Shown here one piece after another: positions 1 to 9,173 of a DNA stretch of 32,000 nt; the first letter of the stretch is position 1; each line of letters starts with the position of its first letter. The position numbers and the translations under genes were made by a program. The stretch spans positions 90,001-122,000 of the forward strand of contig NC_010547.1 in the NCBI RefSeq assembly GCF_000017845.1, given 5' to 3'. The stretch comes from Crocosphaera subtropica ATCC 51142. Its GTDB lineage: Bacteria; Cyanobacteriota; Cyanobacteriia; Cyanobacteriales; Microcystaceae. Below the pieces are notes generated by a model. It was not told the origin of the DNA. It saw nothing but the letters and a program-made list of their open reading frames with translations, and did not search any database.

Positions 1-496
1 AATCAAAGATTCCCTTGGCCCGAACGACTTCACCGTAAGCACCTTGGATAAGTTCCAGCCAAAAAGTAGCCAAACTGTTCATATCTAAGATTTCGCCTGT
101 CAAAACGCCCCGATGAATCTGTAAACCTGTGGTTGGTTTAATAATGTTAATTGCTGAAATAATTTCCTCGGCCCAACTCTTTAATTCTGTACCGTCTGTA
201 TCATCTGGAATGATAGCCACTCGATGAGAATTATCCGTTTGCAGTAAAGGTTCAATTCCCTCTTTATCTAAATACCAGGGAATTTCAACATAGGTGATGG
301 TGTCAGTGAATGCTGCTTCTTCTCCTGTCTGATAAAGCTTCAATTGAGGATATTTACTTTGGAGATAAATGGCATCAATGGGGATGGAATCGGTTTCGGG
401 GCTGAAATAGCCCACAGTTTTATTAGTTTGGGCTATTTGTTGATGAATCCAGTGGGTTTTGCCCGCACCTGGGGGACTAGCGACAGCAATAATCAT
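1..496 (-). CDS. P-loop NTPase, partial (C-terminus beyond window edge); degenerate CobW/COG0523-like accessory GTPase
   Basis: Minus-strand frame is open from the ATG (complement of 494-496) to position 1. N-terminus MIIAVASPPGAGKTHWIHQQIAQ has a Walker A loop. It is missing from the ORF track only because no stop lies in the window. A Zur-type palindrome lies 15 nt upstream. Confidence 0.55.
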   Translation of the reverse strand, partial: MIIAVASPPGAGKTHWIHQQIAQTNKTVGYFSPETDSIPIDAIYLQSKYPQLKLYQTGEEAAFTDTITYVEIPWYLDKEGIEPLLQTDNSHRVAIIPDDTDGTELKSWAEEIISAINIIKPTTGLQIHRGVLTGEILDMNSLATFWLELIQGAYGEVVRAKGIFD

Positions 497-510
497 AGAA
501 TGATATTTTG

Positions 511-527
511 ATAATGATAATCATTAT
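511..527. promoter_or_regulatory. Zur-type operator, perfect 8-1-8 palindrome ATAATGAT-A-ATCATTAT
   Basis: Perfect AT-rich inverted repeat directly upstream of the P-loop NTPase start. It belongs to the same family as the boxes at the other promoters of this locus. Confidence 0.6.
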
Positions 528-570
528 AGCCAAAAATTCAAAGTCTGTTGCAAGGAAAATTTGGAGGATT

Positions 571-1596
<1,026 letters not shown>

Positions 1597-1601
1597 TCAT
1601 C

Positions 1602-1643
1602 AAAATGATAATCATTATTATACAACGAGAATGATTATTATTA
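1602..1643. promoter_or_regulatory. Two tandem Zur-type boxes (AAAATGATAATCATTATTA and GAGAATGATTATTATTA) in the hemB promoter
   Basis: AATGAT-A-ATCATT palindrome plus a second half-degenerate box. Nearly the same 70-bp block recurs upstream of znuA (10210-10276). Confidence 0.65.
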
Positions 1644-1644
1644 T

Positions 1645-2472
1645 TTATTGTTTGACACGACGAGTTAAAGAAATTCCGCCGAAAATACCTAAGCTAATCA
1701 ATGAAAATAGACTACTTGGCTCAGGAACAGGAGCATAGTTAAACTGACTATTGAAAGTCACAGATTCTCCTGCATTTAGGTTAAAATCCCATTGAAAAGC
1801 GAAGGTATTATCACTCGGAGGAATCGGAAAAGGAACATTCAGAGAGGGATTATCGGGTAACGTTGTGGGACCATCAAGATCATTAAAAAACTTATTGTAA
1901 AGCGTCACAAAATCAGCAATTTCATAGTGAGATGGAGTGGGACTGACTTGGGTAAGAATTGATAGGGGTTTTGTCGCGCTATTCAGAATAATTGTCCCAA
2001 AATCTAATGCGATCGCCTGATCCTTTTGATTTGCCTGGTCAAACTTAATATCAAAATCACTGTAGTCAAAAAGGTGAAAATCTAGATTTTGCCCGGAAAG
2101 ATTAGTTAAAGTAACAGATTTATCAATAAAAGAGCGGCTACTCCCTAAATCTCCTCCCAATAACTCATAATTCACTACAGCTTGTAACTCCATTCCTGTA
2201 TAAGTCAATTCCAGTTGATTGCCTGTTTGTTGAGTCACCGTTGGGGTTCCCAATCCGTCAAAAAAGGGAGATTCGTTTCCTGTTAATCCAATTCGATAGT
2301 AATAATTGGAAAGAAACACATTATCAGGACTTCCATCCACATACCAAATAGTAATTCCGTTTCTATCATCCACCCTAATTTCACTGTTATTATCCGTCAA
2401 ATCAAACGAAGCCGCTTGAGCGGAGACAAGGGGGGCAGTTAACAGCAAAAGCGACATTATGGGGGTTTTCAT
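1645..2472 (-). CDS. Secreted PEP-CTERM sorting-domain protein
   Basis: C-terminus VPEPSSLFSLISLGIFGGISLTRRVKQ is a PEP motif, TM helix and basic tail. The internal Met at 2472 gives the signal peptide MKTPIMSLLLLTAPLVSAQA. The track start at 2541 is the alternative. Confidence 0.75.
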   Translation of the reverse strand: MKTPIMSLLLLTAPLVSAQAASFDLTDNNSEIRVDDRNGITIWYVDGSPDNVFLSNYYYRIGLTGNESPFFDGLGTPTVTQQTGNQLELTYTGMELQAVVNYELLGGDLGSSRSFIDKSVTLTNLSGQNLDFHLFDYSDFDIKFDQANQKDQAIALDFGTIILNSATKPLSILTQVSPTPSHYEIADFVTLYNKFFNDLDGPTTLPDNPSLNVPFPIPPSDNTFAFQWDFNLNAGESVTFNSQFNYAPVPEPSSLFSLISLGIFGGISLTRRVKQ

Positions 2473-2575
2473 CTGATTTTTACCTCTAATGACTTTAATA
2501 AAATCGGGGAGGAGTTTGGGCAGGAGAGGGGATTGAGTCATGAAACAAAGATTAAGTTGATGGACACAATTAAAA

Positions 2576-2643
2576 TGATAATGATTATCACATCATTAAA
2601 ATAATAATTATTATCACATCATTAAAATAATAATTATTATCAT
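2576..2643. promoter_or_regulatory. Zur-box cluster: perfect 7-1-7 palindrome TGATAAT-G-ATTATCA (2576-2590), then a 26-bp unit repeated twice creating two further AT-rich boxes
   Basis: Direct repeat TTATCACATCATTAAAATAATAATTA at 2585-2610 and 2611-2636. It lies between the divergent PEP-CTERM and arsR-family genes. Confidence 0.6.
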
Positions 2644-2713
2644 TTTTTTAGAAAGTGAAATTACGTGACTATCTCGTACTATTAAATTAAATAGATTTAG
2701 CCGTTACCCTTAA

Positions 2714-3082
2714 ATGCCCGTGAGTAAAACAAAAGTAGACGATATCTGTCAAGTAAGATGTTTCAACACCGAGTTAGTTAATCAAATTCGAGCAACTTTC
2801 CCCTCAGAAGATACTTTAGAAGAAATGACGGTTGTTTTTAATGCTTTAGCAGATCGCTCGCGGATTAAGATACTTTATGCCCTCAGAAACGGTGATGAGC
2901 TTTGTGTTTGTGATATTGCTGCCATGTTAAATGTCAAGATTGCTACTGCTTCCCATCATTTACGAAAAATGCGAGATTTAAAATTACTTAAATATAGAAA
3001 TGATGGAAAATTAGCTTATTATTCTCTAAGAGACAAGCGTATAACTGATATTTTGACTAATTCTTTACCAAGCTTTGTTTAG
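2714..3082 (+). CDS. ArsR/SmtB-family metal-sensing transcriptional repressor (alpha3N thiolate type)
   Basis: HTH core ELCVCDIAAMLNVKIATASHHLRKM. N-terminal Cys12/Cys16 plus the CVC motif resemble Zn/Cd/Pb sensors of the CadC/ZiaR/AztR type. Confidence 0.9.
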   Translation: MPVSKTKVDDICQVRCFNTELVNQIRATFPSEDTLEEMTVVFNALADRSRIKILYALRNGDELCVCDIAAMLNVKIATASHHLRKMRDLKLLKYRNDGKLAYYSLRDKRITDILTNSLPSFV

Positions 3083-3232
3083 ATATTATTTGCTATGTCT
3101 TAAATTTTATCAATTTAATTAATTTTACATTCCAATATTCTTTTGAACGTTAAATTAAAAATCATGTCAGAACACTGTTGTCAAAACAAAGCAAAGGAAT
3201 TACAAAAGCTGTAAAAACGTCAGGGTAAAATC

Positions 3233-3775
3233 TTGTGGATTCTTTTGGTAATTAATGCAGTAATGTTTTTGGTGGAATTTAGTGGAGGAATTAAAGCGTC
3301 TTCACTTTCTTTAACAGGAGATTCCTTAGATATGCTTGGTGATGCTTTAGTTTATGGCTGTAGCCTTTATGTTATTCAAAAAGGGAAAAAAGTCCAGGCT
3401 CAAGCAGCAATACTTAAAGGCGGCATTATATTTATGTCAGCAATCGCAGTATTTGCCAGAGCTACCTATCAGTTATTTGCTCAAACAGTTCCCACAGTTC
3501 AATTAATGAGTGGGCTTGGTCTTTTAGCTTTAGTAGCTAACTTAATCTGCTTTTTACTGTTAATTCGTCATCGTAATGACAATATTAATATGTCTTCGGT
3601 TTGGCTGTGTTCCCGTAATGACATCATTGCCAATACTTCAGTGTTGCTGACTGCTGGCTTAGTATTTTTAACTGGTTCGTTTTTGCCAGATTTTATTTTA
3701 GGGCTATTCCTCACCGTTGTTTTTGCTAAATCTGCGGGAAAAGTCCTCACTCAAGCAAGAGCGGAATTAATATAG
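3233..3775 (+). CDS. Short cation diffusion facilitator-like metal efflux membrane protein (possibly disrupted at its 5' end)
   Basis: Multiple TM helices; DSLDMLGDAL and SRNDIIANTS motifs sit in TM2/TM5-like positions. The track uses a TTG start. An in-frame upstream piece 3164-3211 (MSEHCCQNKAKELQKL) is cut off by TAA at 3212-3214. Confidence 0.65.
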   Translation: MWILLVINAVMFLVEFSGGIKASSLSLTGDSLDMLGDALVYGCSLYVIQKGKKVQAQAAILKGGIIFMSAIAVFARATYQLFAQTVPTVQLMSGLGLLALVANLICFLLLIRHRNDNINMSSVWLCSRNDIIANTSVLLTAGLVFLTGSFLPDFILGLFLTVVFAKSAGKVLTQARAELI

Positions 3776-3794
3776 AATAATAATGATTATCATA
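3776..3794. promoter_or_regulatory. Zur-type box AATAATAATGATTATCATA upstream of the alpha/beta hydrolase gene
   Basis: Imperfect 7-1-7 palindrome 13 nt upstream of the ATG at 3807. Confidence 0.55.
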
Positions 3795-3806
3795 CAATGA
3801 CTCGCT

Positions 3807-4706
3807 ATGACTAAAGCAAGTTTACTGAATCAACCTAATTCTAGTATTGGCGGGACAAAGAATGTTTACCACTGGAATTTTTTAGACAAACAATATCAAA
3901 TTGTTTACGAAACCATCGGAGAGGGAAGCCCCGTGTTGTTACTTCCTGCTTTCAGTACGGTTTCCAGTCGTACCGAGATGAAAGGGATTGCTAATATACT
4001 TGCTACACAATACCAAATTACGGTTTTAGATTGGTTGGGGTTTGGCGAGTCTCAATGTCCCCCTCTAGATTATAATCCCGTATTATTTCAGCAGTTATTG
4101 GGGGATTTTGTTAAATCTGTTTTTAATAACTCAATTATTCTTATTGCTGCTGGTCATGCTTCGGGATACGCTTTAAAATTGGTACAGGATAACCCAGATA
4201 TAATTTCTCAACTTATTTTAATTGCTCCTACTTGGCAAGGACCTTTAAGAGTTATGGGTTTACCTGATGGTGTCAGAAATGGGGTAAAAAATCTAGTAAG
4301 ATCGCCTTTGATCGGACAAGGTTTATATTATCTCAATACTACCCCTTCCTTTCTGCACTTGATGTATAAACGCCACGTTTATGTAGATGAAAGTAAACTA
4401 ACTCCCGAATTTATCGCCCAAAAACACCAAATCACCTCTAAAGAGGGTGCGAGATATGCCCCTGCGGCTTTTGTCACTGGTGCGATCGATCCTGTAGCAG
4501 ATAGAGAGGCGTTTTTGCAACTTTTAGATTCAATATCGATCCCCATATTAATTATTCTGGCGGAAAATGCACCACCCAAATCTTTAGTGGAAATGGAGGC
4601 GATGTCAGAGTCGGAACAAGTGCAAACAGTTGAATTAAGGGGAACGTTGGGCATTTATGAAGAATATCCCGAAGCTGTGACAGAAGCGATTCAGAATTTT
4701 CTCTAG
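3807..4706 (+). CDS. Alpha/beta-fold hydrolase family protein, function unknown
   Basis: 299 aa with an alpha/beta-fold pattern (VLLLPAFS, LDWLGFGES, AAGHASGYA elbow-like segment). Preceded by a Zur-type box. Confidence 0.75.
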   Translation: MTKASLLNQPNSSIGGTKNVYHWNFLDKQYQIVYETIGEGSPVLLLPAFSTVSSRTEMKGIANILATQYQITVLDWLGFGESQCPPLDYNPVLFQQLLGDFVKSVFNNSIILIAAGHASGYALKLVQDNPDIISQLILIAPTWQGPLRVMGLPDGVRNGVKNLVRSPLIGQGLYYLNTTPSFLHLMYKRHVYVDESKLTPEFIAQKHQITSKEGARYAPAAFVTGAIDPVADREAFLQLLDSISIPILIILAENAPPKSLVEMEAMSESEQVQTVELRGTLGIYEEYPEAVTEAIQNFL

Positions 4707-4793
4707 CATCAATGTTTATGGACAACGCTCCGCACTTCTAGGGCAAGGCTACGGACTCGGATAGCTAATTTTAGATTAAGAACGATCTTTTTG

Positions 4794-4823
4794 AAAATGA
4801 GATCAATTATCATTATCATTATC
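4794..4823. promoter_or_regulatory. Zur-type box region (AAAATGAGATCAATTATCATTATCATTATC)
   Basis: Overlapping ATTATCATT repeats 24 nt upstream of the COG0523 gene. Confidence 0.55.
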
Positions 4824-4846
4824 TAAAAGAGCTTAGGAATTAGATC

Positions 4847-5815
4847 ATGGTAGCGACAACCAACAACACTGTTCCCGTCACCGTACTAACTGGTTATCTA
4901 GGTGCGGGTAAAACTACTCTCCTCAATCGCATCCTCACCTACGAACACGGCAAGAAAGTAGCAGTCATCGTTAACGAGTTTGGGGAAGTGGGGATTGATA
5001 ATCAACTGGTGATTGATGCCGATGAAGAAATCTTTGAGATGAATAACGGCTGTATTTGCTGTACGGTAAGGGGTGACTTAATTCGCATTATCGGCAATTT
5101 AATGAAGCGTCGCAACAAGTTTGACCATTTGGTCATTGAAACCACTGGATTAGCCGATCCTGCCCCTGTCATTCAAACCTTCTTTGTTGATGAAGATATG
5201 AAAGATCAGATTGCTTTAGATGCAGTGGTGACGGTAGTGGATGCTAAACATATTCAGCAGCATTGGGAAGCAGATGAAGCACAAGAACAAATTGCTTTTG
5301 CCGATGTGATTCTCCTCAATAAAACTGATCTCGTTAGTCCTGAAGAATTGGATGAATTAGAAAACAAAATAAAAGCCATGAATGGCATGGCGAAAATCTA
5401 TCGTACCCAAAATTCTGAATTAGAAATGGACGCTTTATTGGGAGTAAAGGCATTCAATCTAGACCATGCTTTAGAAATTGACCCCGAATTTTTAAACGAA
5501 GCTGCCCACGAACACGACGAGACGGTAAAATCTTTTGCCATAGTAGAGTCTGGGGCAATAGATGGACAAAAACTAAATAATTGGTTGAGTAATTTACTAC
5601 AAACTAAAGGGGTAGATATCTTTCGCATGAAAGGTATTTTAAATATTGCAGGGGAAAGCGATCGCTTTGTGTTTCAAGGAGTACATATGCTATTTGATGG
5701 GAAACCAGATCGCCCTTGGAAGGAAGGAGAAACCCGTAAGAATGAATTAGTATTTATCGGGCGTAATTTGGATGAGGCACAATTGAGAGAGGACTTTAAG
5801 CAATGTTTGGTGTAG
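4847..5815 (+). CDS. COG0523-family zinc metallochaperone GTPase (CobW/ZigA/YeiR-like)
   Basis: Walker A GYLGAGKTTLLNRIL, CxCC metal motif GCICCTV, ETTGLADP, NKTDL, and a CobW_C-like tail. Confidence 0.92.
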   Translation: MVATTNNTVPVTVLTGYLGAGKTTLLNRILTYEHGKKVAVIVNEFGEVGIDNQLVIDADEEIFEMNNGCICCTVRGDLIRIIGNLMKRRNKFDHLVIETTGLADPAPVIQTFFVDEDMKDQIALDAVVTVVDAKHIQQHWEADEAQEQIAFADVILLNKTDLVSPEELDELENKIKAMNGMAKIYRTQNSELEMDALLGVKAFNLDHALEIDPEFLNEAAHEHDETVKSFAIVESGAIDGQKLNNWLSNLLQTKGVDIFRMKGILNIAGESDRFVFQGVHMLFDGKPDRPWKEGETRKNELVFIGRNLDEAQLREDFKQCLV

Positions 5816-6891
5816 GTGCGAAGGGAAAAATCTTATTTCAGCAACAGTGGCAGGGTAGTCTTTCAGAATACATTACCGCAGTAGCTTGGTCGCCTGATGG
5901 TTTATTAGCTGCTAGTTCGGCTGCCGGAGAAGTGGTTATATGGCAAGATAGTAACCTGATTAGTTTATTACCTGCAGATGTAACGTCAATCGACTGTTTG
6001 GCTTTTTCTTCTGATGGCAAGTTTTTAGCTGCGGGTGGGCAGGATGGCAAGGTTAGAATTTGGTCGATGACTTCTCCGAAAATTCGGGGAAAAAGAGAGA
6101 TATCTCCAGATTTTATTGCTAGTTTGGATAATGCGCCCTCATGGGTCGATAAACTGGCTTGGAGTCCTACTTGTAATCACTTAGCCTTTAGTTTGGGGCG
6201 TTACGTGCAAATTTGGGATGCAGATAGTCAAACAGTCATTACGACTCTACCCTTTGCTAACTCCTCTGTTTTAGATTTAGCTTGGCGACCCAATGGGGAC
6301 AATATCGCGATCGCAGGTAATGGAGGCATCAAAGTATGGTCTACTACAGATTGGGATGACGACCCCTATCTCATTGATATGCCTTCTGCTAGTATTGTTA
6401 CGGCTTGGTCTGGGGACAGTAAATATATTGCTTCTGCTAATTTAGACAATACCATCACAGTTCTAGAATATGGTAGTCCTCATCCTTGGATAATGCGGGG
6501 TTTTCCTGGGAAGATTTCTAATCTCACTTGGTCGCAACCATTATCAAATAACACACCTCTTTTGGCAGCGTCGAGTATGGAAGACATTGTCGTTTGGAAA
6601 AAAGAAACTGACGACAACGATGGTTGGAATGCCCGCGTTTTAACGATACATGATGGTAAGATTCAACAGTTAGCGTTTCATCCCCATAGTTTATTACTCG
6701 CTTCTGCTGCAGATGATGGTTGGTTGTGTTTATGGACAAAAGCCAAACAAGTAGGACAAATATTAGAACGTGCTATGAATGGTTTATCTTGTGTAGCTTG
6801 GAGTCAAGATGGCAAACAGTTGGCTGCTGGCGGTCAAAATGGAGAGTTAATTATTTTCTCCGAGTCTAAGCGTGGCAAGGGTTTTGGTTGA
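5803..6891 (+). CDS. WD40-repeat protein
   Basis: Repeated WD-like units (AVAWSPDG, LAFSSDGKFLAAGGQDGKVRIW, LAWSPT, LAWRPNG, VAWSQDGKQLAAGGQNGE). The ATG overlaps the COG0523 gene end by 13 nt. Confidence 0.85.
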   Translation: MFGVGAKGKILFQQQWQGSLSEYITAVAWSPDGLLAASSAAGEVVIWQDSNLISLLPADVTSIDCLAFSSDGKFLAAGGQDGKVRIWSMTSPKIRGKREISPDFIASLDNAPSWVDKLAWSPTCNHLAFSLGRYVQIWDADSQTVITTLPFANSSVLDLAWRPNGDNIAIAGNGGIKVWSTTDWDDDPYLIDMPSASIVTAWSGDSKYIASANLDNTITVLEYGSPHPWIMRGFPGKISNLTWSQPLSNNTPLLAASSMEDIVVWKKETDDNDGWNARVLTIHDGKIQQLAFHPHSLLLASAADDGWLCLWTKAKQVGQILERAMNGLSCVAWSQDGKQLAAGGQNGELIIFSESKRGKGFG

Positions 6892-6919
6892 TTGACGGAG
6901 AATGACTGCTCCGATTATC

Positions 6920-6979
6920 TATGGGCAATAATAGAATGATTTAACCTTGCTGACACCATAAAGCCATAATCAAAAACCC
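6920..6979 (-). pseudogene. 60-bp relic of a znuB-type 3' end (encodes ..GLGFLIMALWCQQG*); direct repeat of 7525-7584
   Basis: About 54/60 nt identical to the real znuB 3' end plus its downstream flank. The minus-strand translation parallels the ZnuB C-terminus FGFLIVALWCRQG*. Confidence 0.7.
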
Positions 6980-6999
6980 CAAACCAAAATGGGATATAA

Positions 7000-7014
7000 T
7001 AATAATGATTATTA
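7000..7014. promoter_or_regulatory. Zur-type box, perfect 7-1-7 palindrome TAATAAT-G-ATTATTA upstream of zur (candidate autoregulation site)
   Basis: Perfect inverted repeat about 105 nt upstream of the zur ATG. Confidence 0.55.
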
Positions 7015-7118
7015 TTCTACAAAATCTTAATAAATAAAATTAGCCTCAAGTTACTAGCTATTGTTCCTTTGGTTAATACCGAAGCAGAAAGTCACGCTAC
7101 TTAGAAAGTTAAAATATA

Positions 7119-7511
7119 ATGAAAGCTCAATACCCTCGTTCTCAAGCGCAAATTATTCAGGTACTCAAGTTGTTAAATTATGCTATTTCCGCCCAGGATT
7201 TATATGTAGAACTCAAACGTCGAGATCAGCCTTTAGGACTAGCAACAATTTACCGTGCCTTGGAAGCCTTAAAGGTTCGAGGAACTGTCAAAGCACTAAC
7301 TTTAACCAGTGGGGAAGCACTTTATAGTTTAATTTCTCAGCATCAACACCACTTAAATTGTGTTAGTTGTGGTCAATCGTTCGCAATCAATGAGTGTCCT
7401 GTCCATCATTTTGAAGAAAAATTAAAGCAGACTCATCATTTCCAAGTTTACTATCATACCTTAGAATTTTTTGGGCGATGTCATCAATGCCAGAGAAAAT
7501 CCGTTCTTTGA
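7119..7511 (+). CDS. zur: FUR-family zinc uptake regulator
   Basis: 130 aa with a winged-helix N-terminal half, a His-rich hinge (QHQHH) and two CxxC pairs (CVSC, CHQC). It sits next to znuABC and among Zur-type boxes. Confidence 0.85.
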   Translation: MKAQYPRSQAQIIQVLKLLNYAISAQDLYVELKRRDQPLGLATIYRALEALKVRGTVKALTLTSGEALYSLISQHQHHLNCVSCGQSFAINECPVHHFEEKLKQTHHFQVYYHTLEFFGRCHQCQRKSVL

Positions 7512-7545
7512 CTCCCTTTTAGTTTATGGGCAATAATAGAATCAT

Positions 7546-8361
7546 TTAACCCTGCCGACACCATAAAGCTACAATCAAAAACCCAAATAACTGAACTAAA
7601 ACAATACTAGGACCACTAGGTAGATCGATCGCACCAGAAATAACCATTCCCATTACCCCACTCAACGCACCCATACCAGCAGCAGTGGCTAAAAATGGGA
7701 CAAACTGCTGACAAATTAATCTGGCAGTTGCAGCAGGAATAACTAAAAAACCATTAACCAATAAAATACCAACAGCACGAATCGTTAGAGCGATCATAAT
7801 GGCTAAAAGCACGATAAAGAAATAACGATGGCTGCGAACAGGTACGCCTTTTACTACGGCTAAATCGCTGTTGAGGGTAAGTAATATTTGTTCTGGTAAA
7901 CTGATAATTATCCAGGCTAAAGTTACAGCTAAAAGTAATAACAATAAAATCAAATCTGTATTACTAATAGCGAGAATATCCCCAAACAAAATCGATAATA
8001 AATTACCCCGATATCCCTTTAAATAACTAAAACCAATTGTACCTAAAGCGATGGAACCTGATAGGGAAATACACAATACGGTATCGCTACCGAGATCAGT
8101 TCTATCAATTAAATAAATAACACCTAAACCAAAAGCAACAGTAAAACCCATCAACGTCCAAGTGGCAGGAAGGTTTAATAAAGCAGCTAAAACCACGCCT
8201 AGCATGGCCGAATGCCCCACGGTATCCCCAAATAGAGAAAGACGACGCAGGATTAAAAAACTGCCCAAAATTCCCCCTAAAATACCAAGCAGTACACCAC
8301 CTAGTATCGCCCGTTGCATAAAGGGTAAACTAAAAAGATTCAGGAAGTTTACTAGGTTCAT
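7546..8361 (-). CDS. znuB: Zinc ABC transporter permease (ABC-3 family)
   Basis: 271 aa polytopic membrane protein in an operon with the ATPase and the cluster-9 binding protein. Confidence 0.9.
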   Translation of the reverse strand: MNLVNFLNLFSLPFMQRAILGGVLLGILGGILGSFLILRRLSLFGDTVGHSAMLGVVLAALLNLPATWTLMGFTVAFGLGVIYLIDRTDLGSDTVLCISLSGSIALGTIGFSYLKGYRGNLLSILFGDILAISNTDLILLLLLLAVTLAWIIISLPEQILLTLNSDLAVVKGVPVRSHRYFFIVLLAIMIALTIRAVGILLVNGFLVIPAATARLICQQFVPFLATAAGMGALSGVMGMVISGAIDLPSGPSIVLVQLFGFLIVALWCRQG

Positions 8362-9118
8362 GATGATGACAAGTGGGACTAACTAAAGCACCGTATATGT
8401 GCAAGAGATTTTCGGGGGTGAGAGTGGTTTGAGGGGAACCTTGATAAAGTAAACGACGGTTTAAACAAATTACCGAGTCACAATAGCGACTAACTAAATC
8501 TAAATCGTGGGAAACTTCCAAAATAGTCCAGTTTTGTTCTTTTTGAAGATTATTGAGTAAAGCAGCAAATTCCATTTCTCCCGTTGCATCTACCCCGGCT
8601 AAAGCTTCATCAAGAATTAAAAGACGACGGGGAACCACTAAACAATAAGCTAATAAAACTCGCTTTAATTCTCCTCCGCTAAGAGTACCGATTTTTTGCT
8701 TTGCTTGTTTGGTTAGATGAACTTGTTCTAAAGCTTGGTGGATAATCTCTCGTTGACCTTTGTGATCGCACCACCAATACTTGCTATTTAAGCCTAAACC
8801 CACTAACTCCGATACCGTCAATGGAAAAGTGCGCTCAAAGGGAAACTTTTGGGGAATATAGCCAATTTCTTGTTTTAATCGCTTTGAACGTTTACCATTC
8901 CCATCAAACAAGCTAATTTCACCTGAGCGCGCTTCAATTAACCCTAAAATAGATTTAATCAAGGTACTTTTCCCTGCACCATTTGGACCAATAATGGCCG
9001 TATGAGTTCCTGACAATAATTCAAACGAAACATTATCTACTGCTAGATATTCCCCACGCATTACCGATAAATTTTTTACTTTAATGATGGGTTGGGTAAT
9101 AGATAGGTTTTGATACAT
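8330..9118 (-). CDS. znuC: Zinc ABC transporter ATP-binding protein
   Basis: Walker A GPNGAGKST, signature LSGGELKR, Walker B LLILDEA. The 3' end overlaps the znuB start by 32 nt. Confidence 0.9.
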   Translation of the reverse strand: MYQNLSITQPIIKVKNLSVMRGEYLAVDNVSFELLSGTHTAIIGPNGAGKSTLIKSILGLIEARSGEISLFDGNGKRSKRLKQEIGYIPQKFPFERTFPLTVSELVGLGLNSKYWWCDHKGQREIIHQALEQVHLTKQAKQKIGTLSGGELKRVLLAYCLVVPRRLLILDEALAGVDATGEMEFAALLNNLQKEQNWTILEVSHDLDLVSRYCDSVICLNRRLLYQGSPQTTLTPENLLHIYGALVSPTCHHHEPSKLPESF

Positions 9119-9173
9119 TCAATTCACTAATTTGATTCAAAAGAGTCGCAAAGAACAAAAAAATTATCATTTA

